Shown: positions 1 to 13,400 of the stretch, piece after piece
Numbering within the stretch: the first letter of the stretch is position 1
How the letters are laid out: every line of letters begins with the position of its first letter
Source of the DNA: Ophelia neglecta
Lineage: Eukaryota
NCBI GenBank assembly: GCA_965285935.1
Contig: OZ260663.1
Coordinates: 46,128,001 to 46,192,000, forward strand
Direction of reading: 5' to 3'
Length of the DNA stretch: 64,000 bases
Translations under genes and position numbers: made by a program
The notes under the pieces: model-generated
The model's input: only the letters and a program-made list of their open reading frames with translations
Database searches by the model: none
Told to the model about the DNA's origin: nothing

Positions 1-1296
1 CAGTGATGTAAGCGGTGGTAGATTGGATTGTTAAGTAACTATAATGATGCAAACTGTCCATAAGCATCTAGTAGACCTACCCAGGGGAATGGGCAATAGA
101 CACCTGAGAAGATACTGGTTGCCACCTAGGAGAGTTGCTATTAAATTCTTCAGTGTCTTGCATAAAAAGACGTCCCGACTCTTACAAAGATCTGATTTCA
201 GATTGCACAGTTACATTTATTGACTCTGTTTATAAGATTCCCAAAGTTCCCCGGACGAACAAAGTATAGGGTTTAAGTGTGGATTAGTTATGACTTTTGC
301 AATATTATAATTTGCTTCTTTCCATTGCCTATAGGCTCATATCTCTAGTGCCTAAAGCCTAAAAGTCACACTAGGATTGAACTCTATAAAGTGTCGTACT
401 AAGATGGAACTCAAAATGTCACACACAGGCCCACACTCTCGAGAATGCCGGCTACATTAATAACTGAGCTCTGCAGAATGATAAAATTTGATATATTATA
501 TCTCCTCACAATATCGTAGAATGATGTCTCTCGAACTTGATGGTTCTGAGATGAACCACTCCTGACTCAGGTGATAAATTCTATCAAGGTTTCATTGCTG
601 TTCGCACATCTGCAGATCTCCAGTTGCTATAAACCGGGTTGGTTAGGTAGAGACAGGCCCAGGTCTGTTTACGTCCTGCTCATTGTGGCCTCGCTCCCAA
701 AAACTAATATATTTCATGGCATGGGGCGATAATTTGACTTCACAATTGGCCCTTTGACTATATTTATGCAGGCTCCAAAGCCTGATTTCCGCCTATACTT
801 ATTCATAGCACGCAGCCAATATTGAAGATGACATTTTAGCGAATACATACAGGAGGCCAAATGAACAGTGGTAGCTTCTCGGCAAGATGGTCACTCCCTT
901 CAGAGACGGGTCTCATTCGATTCAAGATTAGTTTAGCCTAGTCAAAAGAAGCTGATGAGCTGTCATTAATCGTCAGAGCCTCTGACAGATTATTATTATT
1001 ATCATCGCCAAAATGTCCGACCTCGAACAATATACGAGCCAGGCGGAGGAGTATGTTGGCTGGATGGAATTGCAATAAGGTTTATCAAGTCAGGCCACGA
1101 GAGACTTATTTCCACTTTACCTCTATCTCTCCCCTTCACTGCCCCGGCGGCGGATTTCACCAGTAATTCATGTCACGTTGCATTCTATACAAGACTTACT
1201 TAGCCTCTTACATCAGTTGCAGGCAATTTAACTCTCACAAAAATCACATCCAATACTGAATAAAATTCACTTGATGTAAGATGGTAAAATATTCAA

Positions 1297-1331
1297 GAGA
1301 GAGACAGAGAGAGACAGAGGGAGAGAGAGAG
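1297..1331. repeat. Imperfect (GA)n/GACA microsatellite
   Basis: Run gagagagacagagagagacagagggagagagagag read directly. Confidence 0.9.
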
Positions 1332-2047
1332 TTGGGTATATCTATAAAGCCTAAATAAATACAAAATGTATGTCGGACGGTGATTACATCTGCCCGAAGG
1401 AGAAGTCATGTAAATGCGGGGACAGCTGGGTTATTGCCTCTTGTTTTCCCGTGACAATTTTTGCCTTGAAGTGATGCATGTTCAGCCATCTCGCTATGGA
1501 CCTAACCCCTAGGCTCAGGATCTTTGCCAAGCGATCTCTCACCGAATCATTAATAATTTAGTCCCCTGCCGGGTTTAGGCACACTACCAAATACGGGTAC
1601 GGTTCTGGCAATCTCAGCCCATCCAAGAAAGGAAGTCGGCCGATGCGTGCGGTCTTCGATTGCTAGAGGCCAAGGCGATCAATAGCTTGTCAGGTTTGAT
1701 CACTCAAATTTTAGCAGACGTGTACGATCCTTGGCGCACAAGAAGCAGACGACAAAGTGGAATGAAAATTGGCGGCAATTGAAATTCCGACAGTTGCGTG
1801 CACACGCTGAACAGGCACACAGGGCTCGACCTCTCCTACGGCTCCTAACATTCATCTCGCGAGACGACATGCGGGGATTTCGTCGGTAACGTTTCCCTAC
1901 AAATTCGGAACCATTTCGTCAAATTACTTTAATTCGTGCAACAATTCAATTTCTGTACGATTTAATTAAACTCGCATGATTTGCCGGAATAACTCTTTTT
2001 CCTTGAAAAACTGACAAAAGACGGACTACTAATGGTGATGAATTTAC

Positions 2048-2260
2048 CTTCACTTGGCAAGAAATCTACATGATATGCATTTGAGCATTATCGAGGCATT
2101 GAAGGTGTGTTTCCTGGACGGGTTCAGCCACGGCGCGACCTACGTGTTTGAAGGAACGTAGCACATCTTAAGACAGAAAACCGAAACAGATTCAAGAAAA
2201 AAACAAGAAACGTTTTCGTTCGACTTTCCTAGAGCTGAGAATCGCAGGTCACGTGTTCAC
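2048..2260 (-). other. Candidate non-coding first exon and promoter edge of a minus-strand transcript running off the left end of the window
   Basis: Minus-strand donor AAG|GTAAAT at 2048/2047; GGTCACGTG E-box at about 2247-2255; CpG-containing sequence on the intron side. The putative exon has only very short ATG-initiated ORFs. Confidence 0.3.
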
Positions 2261-5200
2261 AAACCTTATTGTCAATCAGGACCGAGTCATGAAAATAAGA
2301 GATAGAGGTAAGTTAGTCATGACAATGATTAACCACATAAGATTTAAGATTGATAGAGCTATTTAAGTGTGAAATATTTCAATAATACAAGTTTCACGCA
2401 GCATGATAACATACTCCGAAGAGTTTCCGGTTTTGGTTCAACCTTTCTGGTAGATTTTTGTTGAACATTTATGCTCATTTTTAACGTGATCTTCGTGGTC
2501 TATGCTTAGCTTAAGCCACCAGGATTATGCCACTTCTTGAAGATAACCATTTTTCTAACCCACCACAAAAAGACTTGGAATTATAGGTATAGTCTGTGGC
2601 CAAATGCGACTTAAAAGAAATAGGGGCAATTACCGTGTGTATCAGTACTATATAAATCTTATGAAACATCATACACATTTTATTTTGTAAAAAGAGACTT
2701 GGCTTTGTCCTACTTTCTTGTGTTTTTTGGTTGTTGTTGATCATTTGTGACAATTCTGAAGTTACATTTGACGACGGCATTTTTCAAGCTCTCCACTGAT
2801 CTCTTGAGAGTTTATATCAGCTCCTCGAGTTCTTTGTGTTCTTTATTAACTATGAATCATGGATTCATCTTCATTTACCATCTCTCACAGGATTAATAAT
2901 CGTATCAACCCATGCGAGAGATAATCACAAAGACGCGCTCCTCTAATCACTGTTCTCCCTTTATTGCCTGGCAATCGGGCATGCCGACTCGCGCCGCGGG
3001 AAACTTGTCTTCGAAGTCCACGGGAGGATGTCAATAGAGAGACTGAGCGGTTACTAGACCTGTGTCCGATTGAATTGTAATTTAGACTCCCATATTTTAT
3101 CTAAAATCGTTTTCGCGATGATAGACGTTCGCCCTTAAAGTCTTTCCTATGTTTATTTGCCTCAAATAAAGCGTATTTAAGACTACTTCGGTAAATGTAG
3201 GTAATTTATTGTGAACTTAATTAGAAGCATCTTGCCAAATGTCCACGGAACAACCGCAATTAGATTGAGTGAAATATTGTCCATAGAGTGTAATGCGTTG
3301 TTTTCGTATGCAAATCTCGTTGCTATGTTAATTGACCCAACACGTGACCAGACAAAGAAATAACAGCAGCCGGCTTGAGTATTGGCCTCACAGCCTGGCA
3401 GGCCATATGGGAGATTTTAATTATGCAAAGAGCATGCACATTTAGCCACGCTATCATGCAACTTAATCTGTAAATTATCCATTATAATTTCTTAATCCAT
3501 GACGCTTGCCCTTGGATTGGGCACAGAAGCGTGTGTACAATGGTTCCATCCCAGAATGCATTATTCACAGTGTACAAGAATGTTTTTAAAGCTTTTTGAG
3601 ACCTTCGGTCACAATATTTATCAGTAAAAACATGATATAAAGGTATTCGGTCACTACCTTCATTTTATGTTATTTAACTGGGCAGTTGTTGTGCTGCATG
3701 TGCTATTTTAGAAGACCGCAATGGCCAGATAGGAATATATTGCGATGGAGGAAATGGCATACCCAATCGATCGGCACAAGGTTTTATTCTAATATCGCAT
3801 CTGGTCAGCTATCCTATTTTTAAACCTCACCGCAACCAGAAGAGGACACAAATGGGCCTGTTAATTTGTCCTCGTTGTCCCAGAATTCCCCCTTGATTTT
3901 AAAGCGGCTAAGCCTTATTATTTCTATCTGTGAAACTTTTTTGATTGAATATACCCGGAAATAGGAAATTATGACACTATAACGTGAACATCATTTTATT
4001 AGATAATATATCGAACGGTTAGCTAAATTCCTGTACCCCCGACCTATTCAAACTACGCTTAGAAAGCATGTGTATCGTGTACCCCGTCCGGAAAATCAAG
4101 CCCGAAAAGCCATTGAAAATGTCAGGGACAAGTACTAGCACAGACAGGAAACAGACATGCGTAATCTAGATTTTTTTTGTTTTCCTTGTATCAACATGGT
4201 TATTATGGAAATAGCTGAGGTTGACCGAACAGTTTCTATATACATATTTAGACTATCTTAGATTGAGGATAGTGTGGGCCTATAATATAGACATTCATAT
4301 AGTCGTTAGTGTGTTTACAGGATGTCATTATGAATAACATGAACATTCTGAGCGGATGCTTAATTTTCTTACTCATGTCAAGTCAAAGTTAATCATAGTA
4401 TAGCCTATTAGGAAATATATTAGTACACACAAGCGGTGGAGGGCGGAAGGGAGGGGGGGGGGGCGGGCTGGGACGAAAGAAGACAGTATACAGGTACATG
4501 TTTACTTTAACCAAATTGAACTGAATTTGCTAACATTTAGAAATTGTGAAAATCATGTTACTATAGGCCTAGCACCAAAAATGATGAACACTATGATTTC
4601 TTTGACGCTATTGCACATAACTATGAAAGAGCTAAATTGACACAAAGCCGCGAAATACTTAAACTTAATGCTGCCCAATTATTTATTCACTGATATTTCA
4701 AGTAAAAGAAAAGTAATAAAACATTCTGAAACCTCATTTCTCAGCATTTTGTCCAAATAATAATGCTTAAAAAGTTTTTTTTTTAAATCCGGAAATATTG
4801 GAAACATGATTACACTCTGACTGGCAGTCATTCCAGAGTTAAGCACCATTAAATGCACAACTAGAAAATGGAATGGTTCACCGTATCAAATTCTGCTTGT
4901 AAATATGTTACCAACATATCAGTCATTTCACTTAAGTTTATCCATATTTATTATAACAATATCTGATATATTAATTAAGATTAGGCGCATGCGCTTATAT
5001 GCTGTCGTTCGAATATCAAACCGTTTGTCACTGTGAACAGGAAATGGCCATTGGCCAGTTGGCACTTTCGGTAGCTTGCAAGTCAATTTCCAGTTTCTTA
5101 AATCGTCTAATGCGAAAGAAGTTCATAGCGGCCAAAGTTCAGTACCATATTGTCATGCATTAAAGCGCATGCACCCTAGTAGTATCAATGGACAGAAAGG

Positions 5201-5354
5201 CTTATGTGCAAGCACTTATATGCAATATCGATCCTAGAAAATTCCACTACTATACAGGAAGTAGTCCTCCGATCTTGGCAGGAGGCAGGGGTGGGGCAAA
5301 TTTTGACTAATGGACTATCTGCAGGCCCAACATTTTGAACTGGGTGAGTAATTA

Positions 5355-5505
5355 GGGCCCCGAATTCTAAATTTGGGGTTGTGAATTGACTCCCGAATTC
5401 AGAGTTCGGGCCTTTTGCTTAGTGGGTCGAATTCCAAATGTTTTGCCCACCCCCTCCCCGAATTCCGAATTTTCGTCCATGCGCTTCCCCCGAATTCTGA
5501 ATTAT
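5355..5505. repeat. Degenerate tandem array with a (C)CGAATTC core, period about 32-35 bp
   Basis: CGAATTC at about 5360, 5394, 5428, 5459 and 5491, flanked by G- and C-rich runs. Confidence 0.7.
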
Positions 5506-5731
5506 ATACCATTCCGCACCCCCCCCCCTCCCCGACCCCTTTTTTTTTCTAAAAGCATATTTTTTAATTGCTTTTGAGAGGCGCCCTTACAGTTTTGCTT
5601 TTGACCTCAACTTACCTGGCACCTAAAAACTACGGTTATTATCATTTCTAAGAATCAAAAGAAGAAAGAACATTGAGTCCCTATATACAGAGCTTATGAA
5701 TTATAAAATTACTCTTGTTCCTCTTACACAT

Positions 5732-6256
5732 AATTTAGAGGGGAGGATAAGACTAATCTAAGGATCTCAGTGACTGCCGGGTTCGTAACCAGCCAGAAAG
5801 CTTCTTGCTATAAAGCCTGGCTTAAGTTAAAAGCCACATGCTCAACATCCAGAGCCTAATTGGATTTTTCAGGGGCTACGTCCTATATTTTCTGTACACG
5901 TTTTTTCAAGGGCCCATGTACAAATGAAGGTCCTATCTTTGAAAGAGATAACGTTAGCCGCTTTTGATAGCCAATGGTAGTCCCTACAAGGTCCGGCGGT
6001 GCATGACGGTATACATGGCACGTTAAAATTACAGTATTATTATTTCTAAGGAAGAAAGGAACGAGGTAATAATTTTTCTATTTTCTCTAATACAAAATTT
6101 AGAGGGGAGGATAAGACTGATCGTAGCATCTCAGTGACTTCCGGGTTCGTACCCAGCCAGAAAGCTTCATTTTATGGAGCCTGGCTTTAGTTAAAAGCCA
6201 CATGCTCAACATCAAGTCGTAATTCGATTTCTAAGCGGCTGCGTCTTATATTTTCT
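5732..6256 (+). repeat. Imperfect direct duplication of a ~160-bp unit (5732-5892 and 6096-6256), possibly SINE-derived
   Basis: Shared blocks aatttagaggggaggataagact, tctcagtgact, ccagccagaaagcttc and agttaaaagccacatgctcaacatc at a 364-bp offset. Each copy has a Pol III B-box-like GGTTCGTA(A/C)CC (5780-5790, 6144-6154). Confidence 0.85.
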
Positions 6257-6809
6257 CAGAGTCAAGACACTTCCATTAATCAGCAACAAGGAAATTAGCA
6301 TCGAGACTATGAAATAAATGTTTCTTTACGCACTGATTCTGATAAGGTCTGGAGCAAACTATTAATCACTTTAGTTGCCACTGCTTCAATTAAGTTAGTT
6401 TATCTTTATTTTTCATAATGCTGTCCCAAAGTTCTACCGCCACAACAGGTCTAAGCTGCGGCACAGCCTCGATTCTCTGCGGTATTATAAAAGTTAAAAA
6501 AATGACAGAGGTCGCGTCGTAGTTAGAACCTAAAAACACCGAGCGAACACAAAATATTTGATTAACACTAAGCGACATGCATACGTAAAAGTAAAAGTCG
6601 AAATATCTAAGCCTAATTATATACTACACCACCAAAGGTGGCGGGATGGGCCTTAGCCCAGCGCCGAATAAAAACACAAACCATGTGTCAGATTCACTGA
6701 ACACAATTTGAAAGAGATAGCTACAATCCTCGTTCAGCTTGTTACAAGAAAGGCAGGGCTAATTAAAAAGTATAATGGATTTGTGTTGTATTGAGATATG
6801 ACTATACCT

Positions 6810-6995
6810 GCGTACCACCCCCCTCCCCCCTCCACTCCCCTCCCCCCTCCACTCCCCTCCCCTGGATACTCCCTTCCCTATGTACCCATTCCCCTTGGTA
6901 CCCCTTCCCCAGTGTACACCTCCCCAGAATATACCACCTCCCCTGGGTACTCCCTTCCATACCCCTCTCCCTTGCAGTGCCACACTTCCCCCGCC
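6810..6995. repeat. C-rich low-complexity degenerate repeat (ctcccctgg/tactcccttcc units)
   Basis: Visible C-tracts; these account for the Pro/Gly-rich ORFs in the ORF track. The minus strand has G-quadruplex potential. Confidence 0.85.
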
Positions 6996-7329
6996 CGGCT
7001 ATCAGTAGCCAGCAGGTAGTGTGCCTTATGTTCATTAACAGCCCGGTTGGAGCTTCGGGTGAGGTTGAAAGGGTTGGTGAAGTTTTTTTTCCGATTATGT
7101 CAATTTTATGTATTTTCTTATTTTCATTTATCAGGAGAAATTGCTTGACTTTTAACCCCAAAACACCAGTGCTCACCATCCCATGGTTTACCCCATACCG
7201 TTTAGATATAGTGTTATATCGTGTTAAATTGTTTAAATTGGTATTTATTTGGCACAAAGAATATATCTATAACAGTTCTGAATCATTTGATTGATGTTTC
7301 AAACAGGTGTGCGCAGAAACCAACAAAGT

Positions 7330-7406
7330 GAAACAATCAAAACAATAAGGAAACAATCAAAACAATAAGGAAACAATCAAAACAATAAGGAAACAATCAA
7401 AACAAT
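7330..7406 (+). repeat. Perfect 20-bp tandem repeat (gaaacaatcaaaacaataag), about 3.8 copies
   Basis: Read directly. Confidence 0.95.
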
Positions 7407-10400
7407 TTATCAAATGTCAGGATTTACCATAAACCTTCAACCATACACATAAAGAGGTCGTAGGATACAGACCCACCTAACCGAGACACAGTAAACCTCT
7501 TCTCACCATATTTTATTTCAAATGATCGCTTTTTTTGTATTCCATTAAGCTGAACACCTCCTCCTTATAAACAAGACTATAATTCCATTTGAATTACCCA
7601 TGTTAGTCATTCGGGAAGAATACTTTCGTTCACTTTTCGTCACTTTAATTAAGAAACTGGCTTATTGTACCAGCTCGGGATCAAAATAGCAATAACTTAT
7701 ACAATTAATATTCTTCAAAACTGACTTACTATTTTGAAAAATTTACATTTTTCAAACACACTTCTTAGAGGAAGTTATGATGTGTTTTTGTAGCATATTT
7801 ACCAACTCGTTGTAATGAGACGTCGAGCGTGTACGCTAACTGTGATCTTGGATTCATGATGTTTACAAGCATGTTGATAATGATGTTGCAATTTTAAAAG
7901 GTTAATTTACAAAGTTTCAAACGTATTAACATGGATGTTGATGACTGTAGAACGGCGGTTTAATCATATTGTGTAAGCTGAAAGAACTAGAATAAATACA
8001 GATAATATATCTAGAATATAATCCTTATTTGAAGCGCGGATTATCATCAGGGGTACCTTGTACGATTCTCATTACTTTGATTCCAGCTCTCTTCTATCTT
8101 CTTGAATTTACATGACTTCCAAAGGGACAAAACTGCTCGCTTAAATCGATCTCTTCAAGGCCAAAGCGACATCACTCTTACGCTTTCATTGCTGAATGCA
8201 AGTTAACTCATTCTTCGTGTGCCTTTTCCTCTGCCTTGGTTTGTGCCTGTGAATGGGTCTTCACGGAGAGAGGAGATAAGCCTGAAAAAGAGGAGCTTAG
8301 CCGCTGGCCTCCCTTGAAAAAACTTTCAATTAGTCAATGCTCAGCTGTGATTAATAATGAAAGCATTCTCTCTAAATTAAATATGTGATTAGCTCCTTAT
8401 ATAGGGGTAATGATGATTCGACTATTGTAAGTTGGTAAATTCAAACGAGTTGGTCCTCCGGGGCGTTATCGCAGTCGGCCAATGCACCATGCATTGAAAA
8501 CGAATATTACTGATACTATCGCCCATTGCTCAGCCAATTATGACAACAATAGCTCATTGCTTTCGGCAATGGATGTGATCTTTAACCTTGCAGTTCAAAT
8601 AAAATAGTAAACCTTTCAGTTCACACACATCTAAATTGCCAGGCATGAATATAGGAACTTTTGAGAGAAGGGGTCAATTGTCAATGTTAAATACAGTGAC
8701 TCCTATTTCCGGAATTTTCCTTTCACTGGAAACGCTCGGATATTTGGTCCATGCTTGATAACATTCTCTTGGGATTACCGTTGACGTGCTCTCGCGTGAA
8801 CGAGATTTGGGAAAAATAAGCGACTGGGGGGGGGGGGGGGGCATACTTTGTTATAGCCTGCACCATGCAATGATTGAGACCCTTTGTGTTTTCAAATAGG
8901 CCATTTACTTGTTGGTGGTTCGCCGAGGTGTTTAATTAATGTGCATTTCTTTTGGGTTTTAAATTGCATTCATCAATTGCAATAGGCCGACATGACGTTT
9001 GCAAAAAGAAATAAATGTTAAATGTCACATTTCTTTTTTCTTCTATTATCCCCCAGCATAGACTAATTCCTCGAAAAACCCAATGCGACCAACACAAATA
9101 AAAAGAAATAGAAATGGCCGAGGGATTTGGTTGCAGTTGCACATAGTTAAATGGCAAAATTTAACCATTCTCTTTGACAAGACAGCCATGTGAGACAGAG
9201 GCAGACAAATTTGCTTTGACGCGGCCCATGCGAAAAGCCAGTGATCAAATAGACTATGACCAAAGGAATATTTGACACTGTTTGCTAAGACGCGTTCGGT
9301 GTCGGTCAACATGGTACTATGGTACTGTTACTGCCTTAAACACGTGACCAGAATTCCACCCCAGCAATTTCTGGCAGTTTCTCTTCTAGATGGTGAGAAA
9401 AGCATTGATTGCCGGAGGTAGCATGTTGATTCGATGTCAACCCCGCTCATGCTGGTCGAGCCCCAGGGGTATTCTCCACGCCATTCGGGCACGCCACTAA
9501 CCAAACTTTGGCATAATGAGCTCGCTTGGGCATTGAGTCGAATTATTGAGGTCGGCTCTCCGTTTTTATTAGAGGTGACATTGCTGGTATAAGCGTATGA
9601 TCTTCTATGTACCCCACGCCATTTTTGACAAATCTAGTAGAATATTTCTATTCATGTCACATGGATTTAGCTTGATTTATTTAGTATAAAAGTGGATGAC
9701 AGAAGAGAGACATGGATTGAATTTGTCGTTTAGTTTACATGATTGGCAAAGTGTATTGGAATTTCAAAGTTCCCTTCGGTTGTCTAGGACCGAATCATCA
9801 AGCATTCTCGTACGCTGCCAAGAAACAGACGACAGCCGAGTCGTGTAGGGATCTCAGTTTCGTCTGACAGAGCCGGATAGCACCTCAGACAGCTACAACA
9901 AAATTTCATTGCCGCCAAAGTGAGCGGAATATTTCCTCCGGGCCTGGCGTCGGCTTGTCATTAGTTGGCCCGTTCACCGGAGACGTAAGATGAAGTGACC
10001 GATAGTCTTTTCGTTATTGATGCAAGCCTTGGATCAAATCTCCTATTGTGTGTCTAGCTCTATGGTTCGGAACCATTTCCTTGTAAGCCATATGCGAGGG
10101 GAAGTCAACACAAATGATAGGAAAGGCATCAGATGCTTTGTTTCGTAAAACTGATCAAATTTACCTCTCTCTGATTAGTGCGTATAACCCTGTGAAGTGG
10201 TTGGCTGGAGTGTGAAATTAAATACAAAATTTCTCATTCCTTCTGAGATGGTCGCCTCATCTTTGACCCCAATCTCTCTGGCAGGCAGCGAGCTGGAGCG
10301 CAATGGAAAACAAATGAAGATTCACGACGCCACGCCCATATCTGGCGCTGATATCAGGAAATGGCAAACATAAGAAATAAATATCGGTAATGATGGAAGG

Positions 10401-13400
10401 AGAAGTAATATCTGGTCCTTGAAGGCGCCTATCGCCTCCCCAGGGCCCATTATATGAGCCCCACAAACGCTTTTTCGCCCGATTCGTCAATTAGGGCATT
10501 TGTTTTCCTAGGCTGGCTTGACGCTTGTATCGGGTGATCGTGCGTGTTCCACGATCATAGACAGTACGTAGGAATGCATTTAATAGCCTTCTCGCTCTCT
10601 TGACTAAATCTTCTCCATTTCACAACTCAAGCCTCACTCACATAGGGCCTCTTTTACGCCATTTTAGACAAACCGTTGTAAAGGCATTTCGATCAATAGT
10701 AGGACTTCTCTTTATCATTCTACTTGCTCACAGCTTCATTAAGGAAATGTCTCAGTGGATGTAAGCATATTAGGAGAAGATTTTTTTTGAAGTGTACACT
10801 CATTAAACACAATTAAGTGGTACCGCGATGTAGATTGGGCACCTCCTACTATCTTTTCCAGAATGTATTTCCCAATACCGGTAGTTTCATTTGATTATAC
10901 TCGAAGCATTCTCTAATTTCAATTAATATAACATTGCACACAAAAGGGCAATAAAAAATGAATAGTTTTACCGAGTGAAATAATTTCTGCGTGTCGGAAT
11001 TAACCACATAGTGAATTGTATATTCATACAGGGAAAATTTCCATACGCTGATTGCGAATCTTGTCTCAAGTTGTTTGTGCCTTCTCGTTCTAGCTAATCT
11101 GCTCCGACGACCGATTGAACGATAAATCACGGTGCTGGTAATCCCTCATATGTTTCCTCGTCTTTTTGCTTGCAGTTTCATCAACGAATTTGCCGGAGAA
11201 GATAATCCCTCCATCTGGCTCCCCGTAATCCGCCATCACCGGCAAGGAGCAATTCTCTCACACAACATCTCCAATCTAATCTCGCGGGATCAGGTAAGCT
11301 GTTACGGAAATTGGTCATTCCGTTTTCAATTATGTTTAGGTATAGGCTTGGCTGTGGTCATAAAACGACTGATCAACTCTTTGTTAAAGTGCTTGCATGG
11401 TTAATGGTTGTCTGTTTTGATTCTCAAGTAACTAAAGATTTGTACACTATTAAAGAAGGAAAAAACATGCCTGATTGTCAAAGAGTCTAAATACAACAAA
11501 AGGTGCGCAGAAAACCTGAAAAGAACCCTAAGTTTCCACATTCTTTGTGATCAAATTATTGTACATATAATTGCAATGTTTGCCAAGGAAGCACCGATGG
11601 CCTGTACATAGGCTACTGGCCAGAAGTAAGTTGAATTACCAAAGACCGAAGGCAGATTCAGAGAGTACATAAGAGGGGCACACTAAGGAAATCTTTGTAC
11701 GAACATATCTATGATATTTGTCTGTTATTTTGAATGTGTTTTACTTTTATTTGTTTTACAAAGCTCTATTCATGCCTTTTTTATTTTCCTTATATAACAC
11801 GTTTTAAAAAGGAAAAAAACAAAACAAAAAAAACAAAGAAAAAAGTAAATTGCCTTAAAGATAAAAGCATACCGGAGGGCAGCTTATGCTTCAATGTGAC
11901 TTTTTACCTGAGGTAACTATGATTTTCTAACAATTTTTAACAACGGCTATTCTTATGACATGGATCGTATGTAGCATAAGTTGACCATAATGGTCCCGAA
12001 AAGCCGCCAAGAACCAATTCGGTCTCGGTCAATATAGACCCTGGCCAATTCGTCCCATGTAAATAATTGACACAATGGTTTCGATTTTCCCTTTGCTCAA
12101 CGGTCTAATCATAAATGGGACTTAATTATTATATCCCCATGTCATCGAAGAAAAAACAAACAAGCAAAGAATATGGCAAGGGCAACATATAACGCATTTC
12201 TTGAATTCGGAAAAAAAATTCCCCTAAAAACCGCCCTAACAATGGGGTTATAAGCCGATAAGTTTAGTCTTTAGAGACTATATTCTCCATTTTCTGCTCT
12301 AGCTGGTTTGCATGCAAATTCATCGAAGCAATATTCTCGAAACAATCTTCCGTTGCCAATTACCAGCGTTCTTACACAAGCAAAAACAACAATAGCTCAC
12401 TTTGGGCAGATACAGCAGAAATATATAAATGGACTCCCGTAAATTAAAGTTCAATCATTTCGACTAAAGTGATTAGAGTTGTAATAAATTGGATATAACG
12501 GTGAATCCTTCGAAAAGCCCTTGTTTTGATGTCTTTTCCTCTCCAAATAAGACTTATTTTAATTATTTGCTTTGATGCATATGTCAACGCTTGTCTGCGA
12601 AACACATGTCTCCCACTACTTAATTTGTAACACAAAGACATTTATCTTTTTTCGAGACTGGCATTAATTATTTCTAAATAAAACCTTACTTATCTGTCAA
12701 GAGGATTTTATCTGCCTCTATGCGATGGGATGATGACATCTTTCGTCATCGATCATTCATGTTGAACGTGGCTTTCTGGTTCCAGCAGATAGCCTTACTC
12801 CCAAAAGTACAGGCCGAGAGTGGAATAAACTAGGGACAGAAAGCAATTAAGGAGCAAAGAAATCTTATCCCGTATTATTTTCTTAAAGACGGAAAAAGTG
12901 GCTCGTTATGCCGGTTGGCGTATGGATACATAATACAATGATAGTCTTTACGCTGTAACTATCAGAGCCTAATCACCAAATCATGTCGCCTGATTGATCT
13001 GTCCAATACTTTGGCATCTCAGCTAATTGTATGTGAAATAAATCAGACCCACTTTGTTTCAAATTCGGACAAGAACTAATCTATAATGTATGTTTTTATC
13101 ACAAGGTAGTGGGATTTTCAGATAGACATAATTTATAGACCTCGGCTGTTCTCGCAACTTGGGCCTGCAAGAAACCTGACCACACAGTTATCTAGTGGAA
13201 GAGTTTTTTCTTCTCCAATTCTGGTTAAAGATTTACAGATAAACATCGCTGTAAAATATCACCAGGCATATACATTGTATGGATCAAGCTGGCCAGGACA
13301 ATTAAGAAACGGATTGCTTATCTGAATGTGCCAATGTCACTGTTAATCCCCTTTGTATACCAATTGAATTCCTGAATGAATTCTTTAAATAGCCGACAGT

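Noticed and set aside
6759-7294. Longest ORFs in the track (167 aa and 151 aa)
   Set aside because: They are open only because they cross the C-rich low-complexity repeat; no domain is recognisable.
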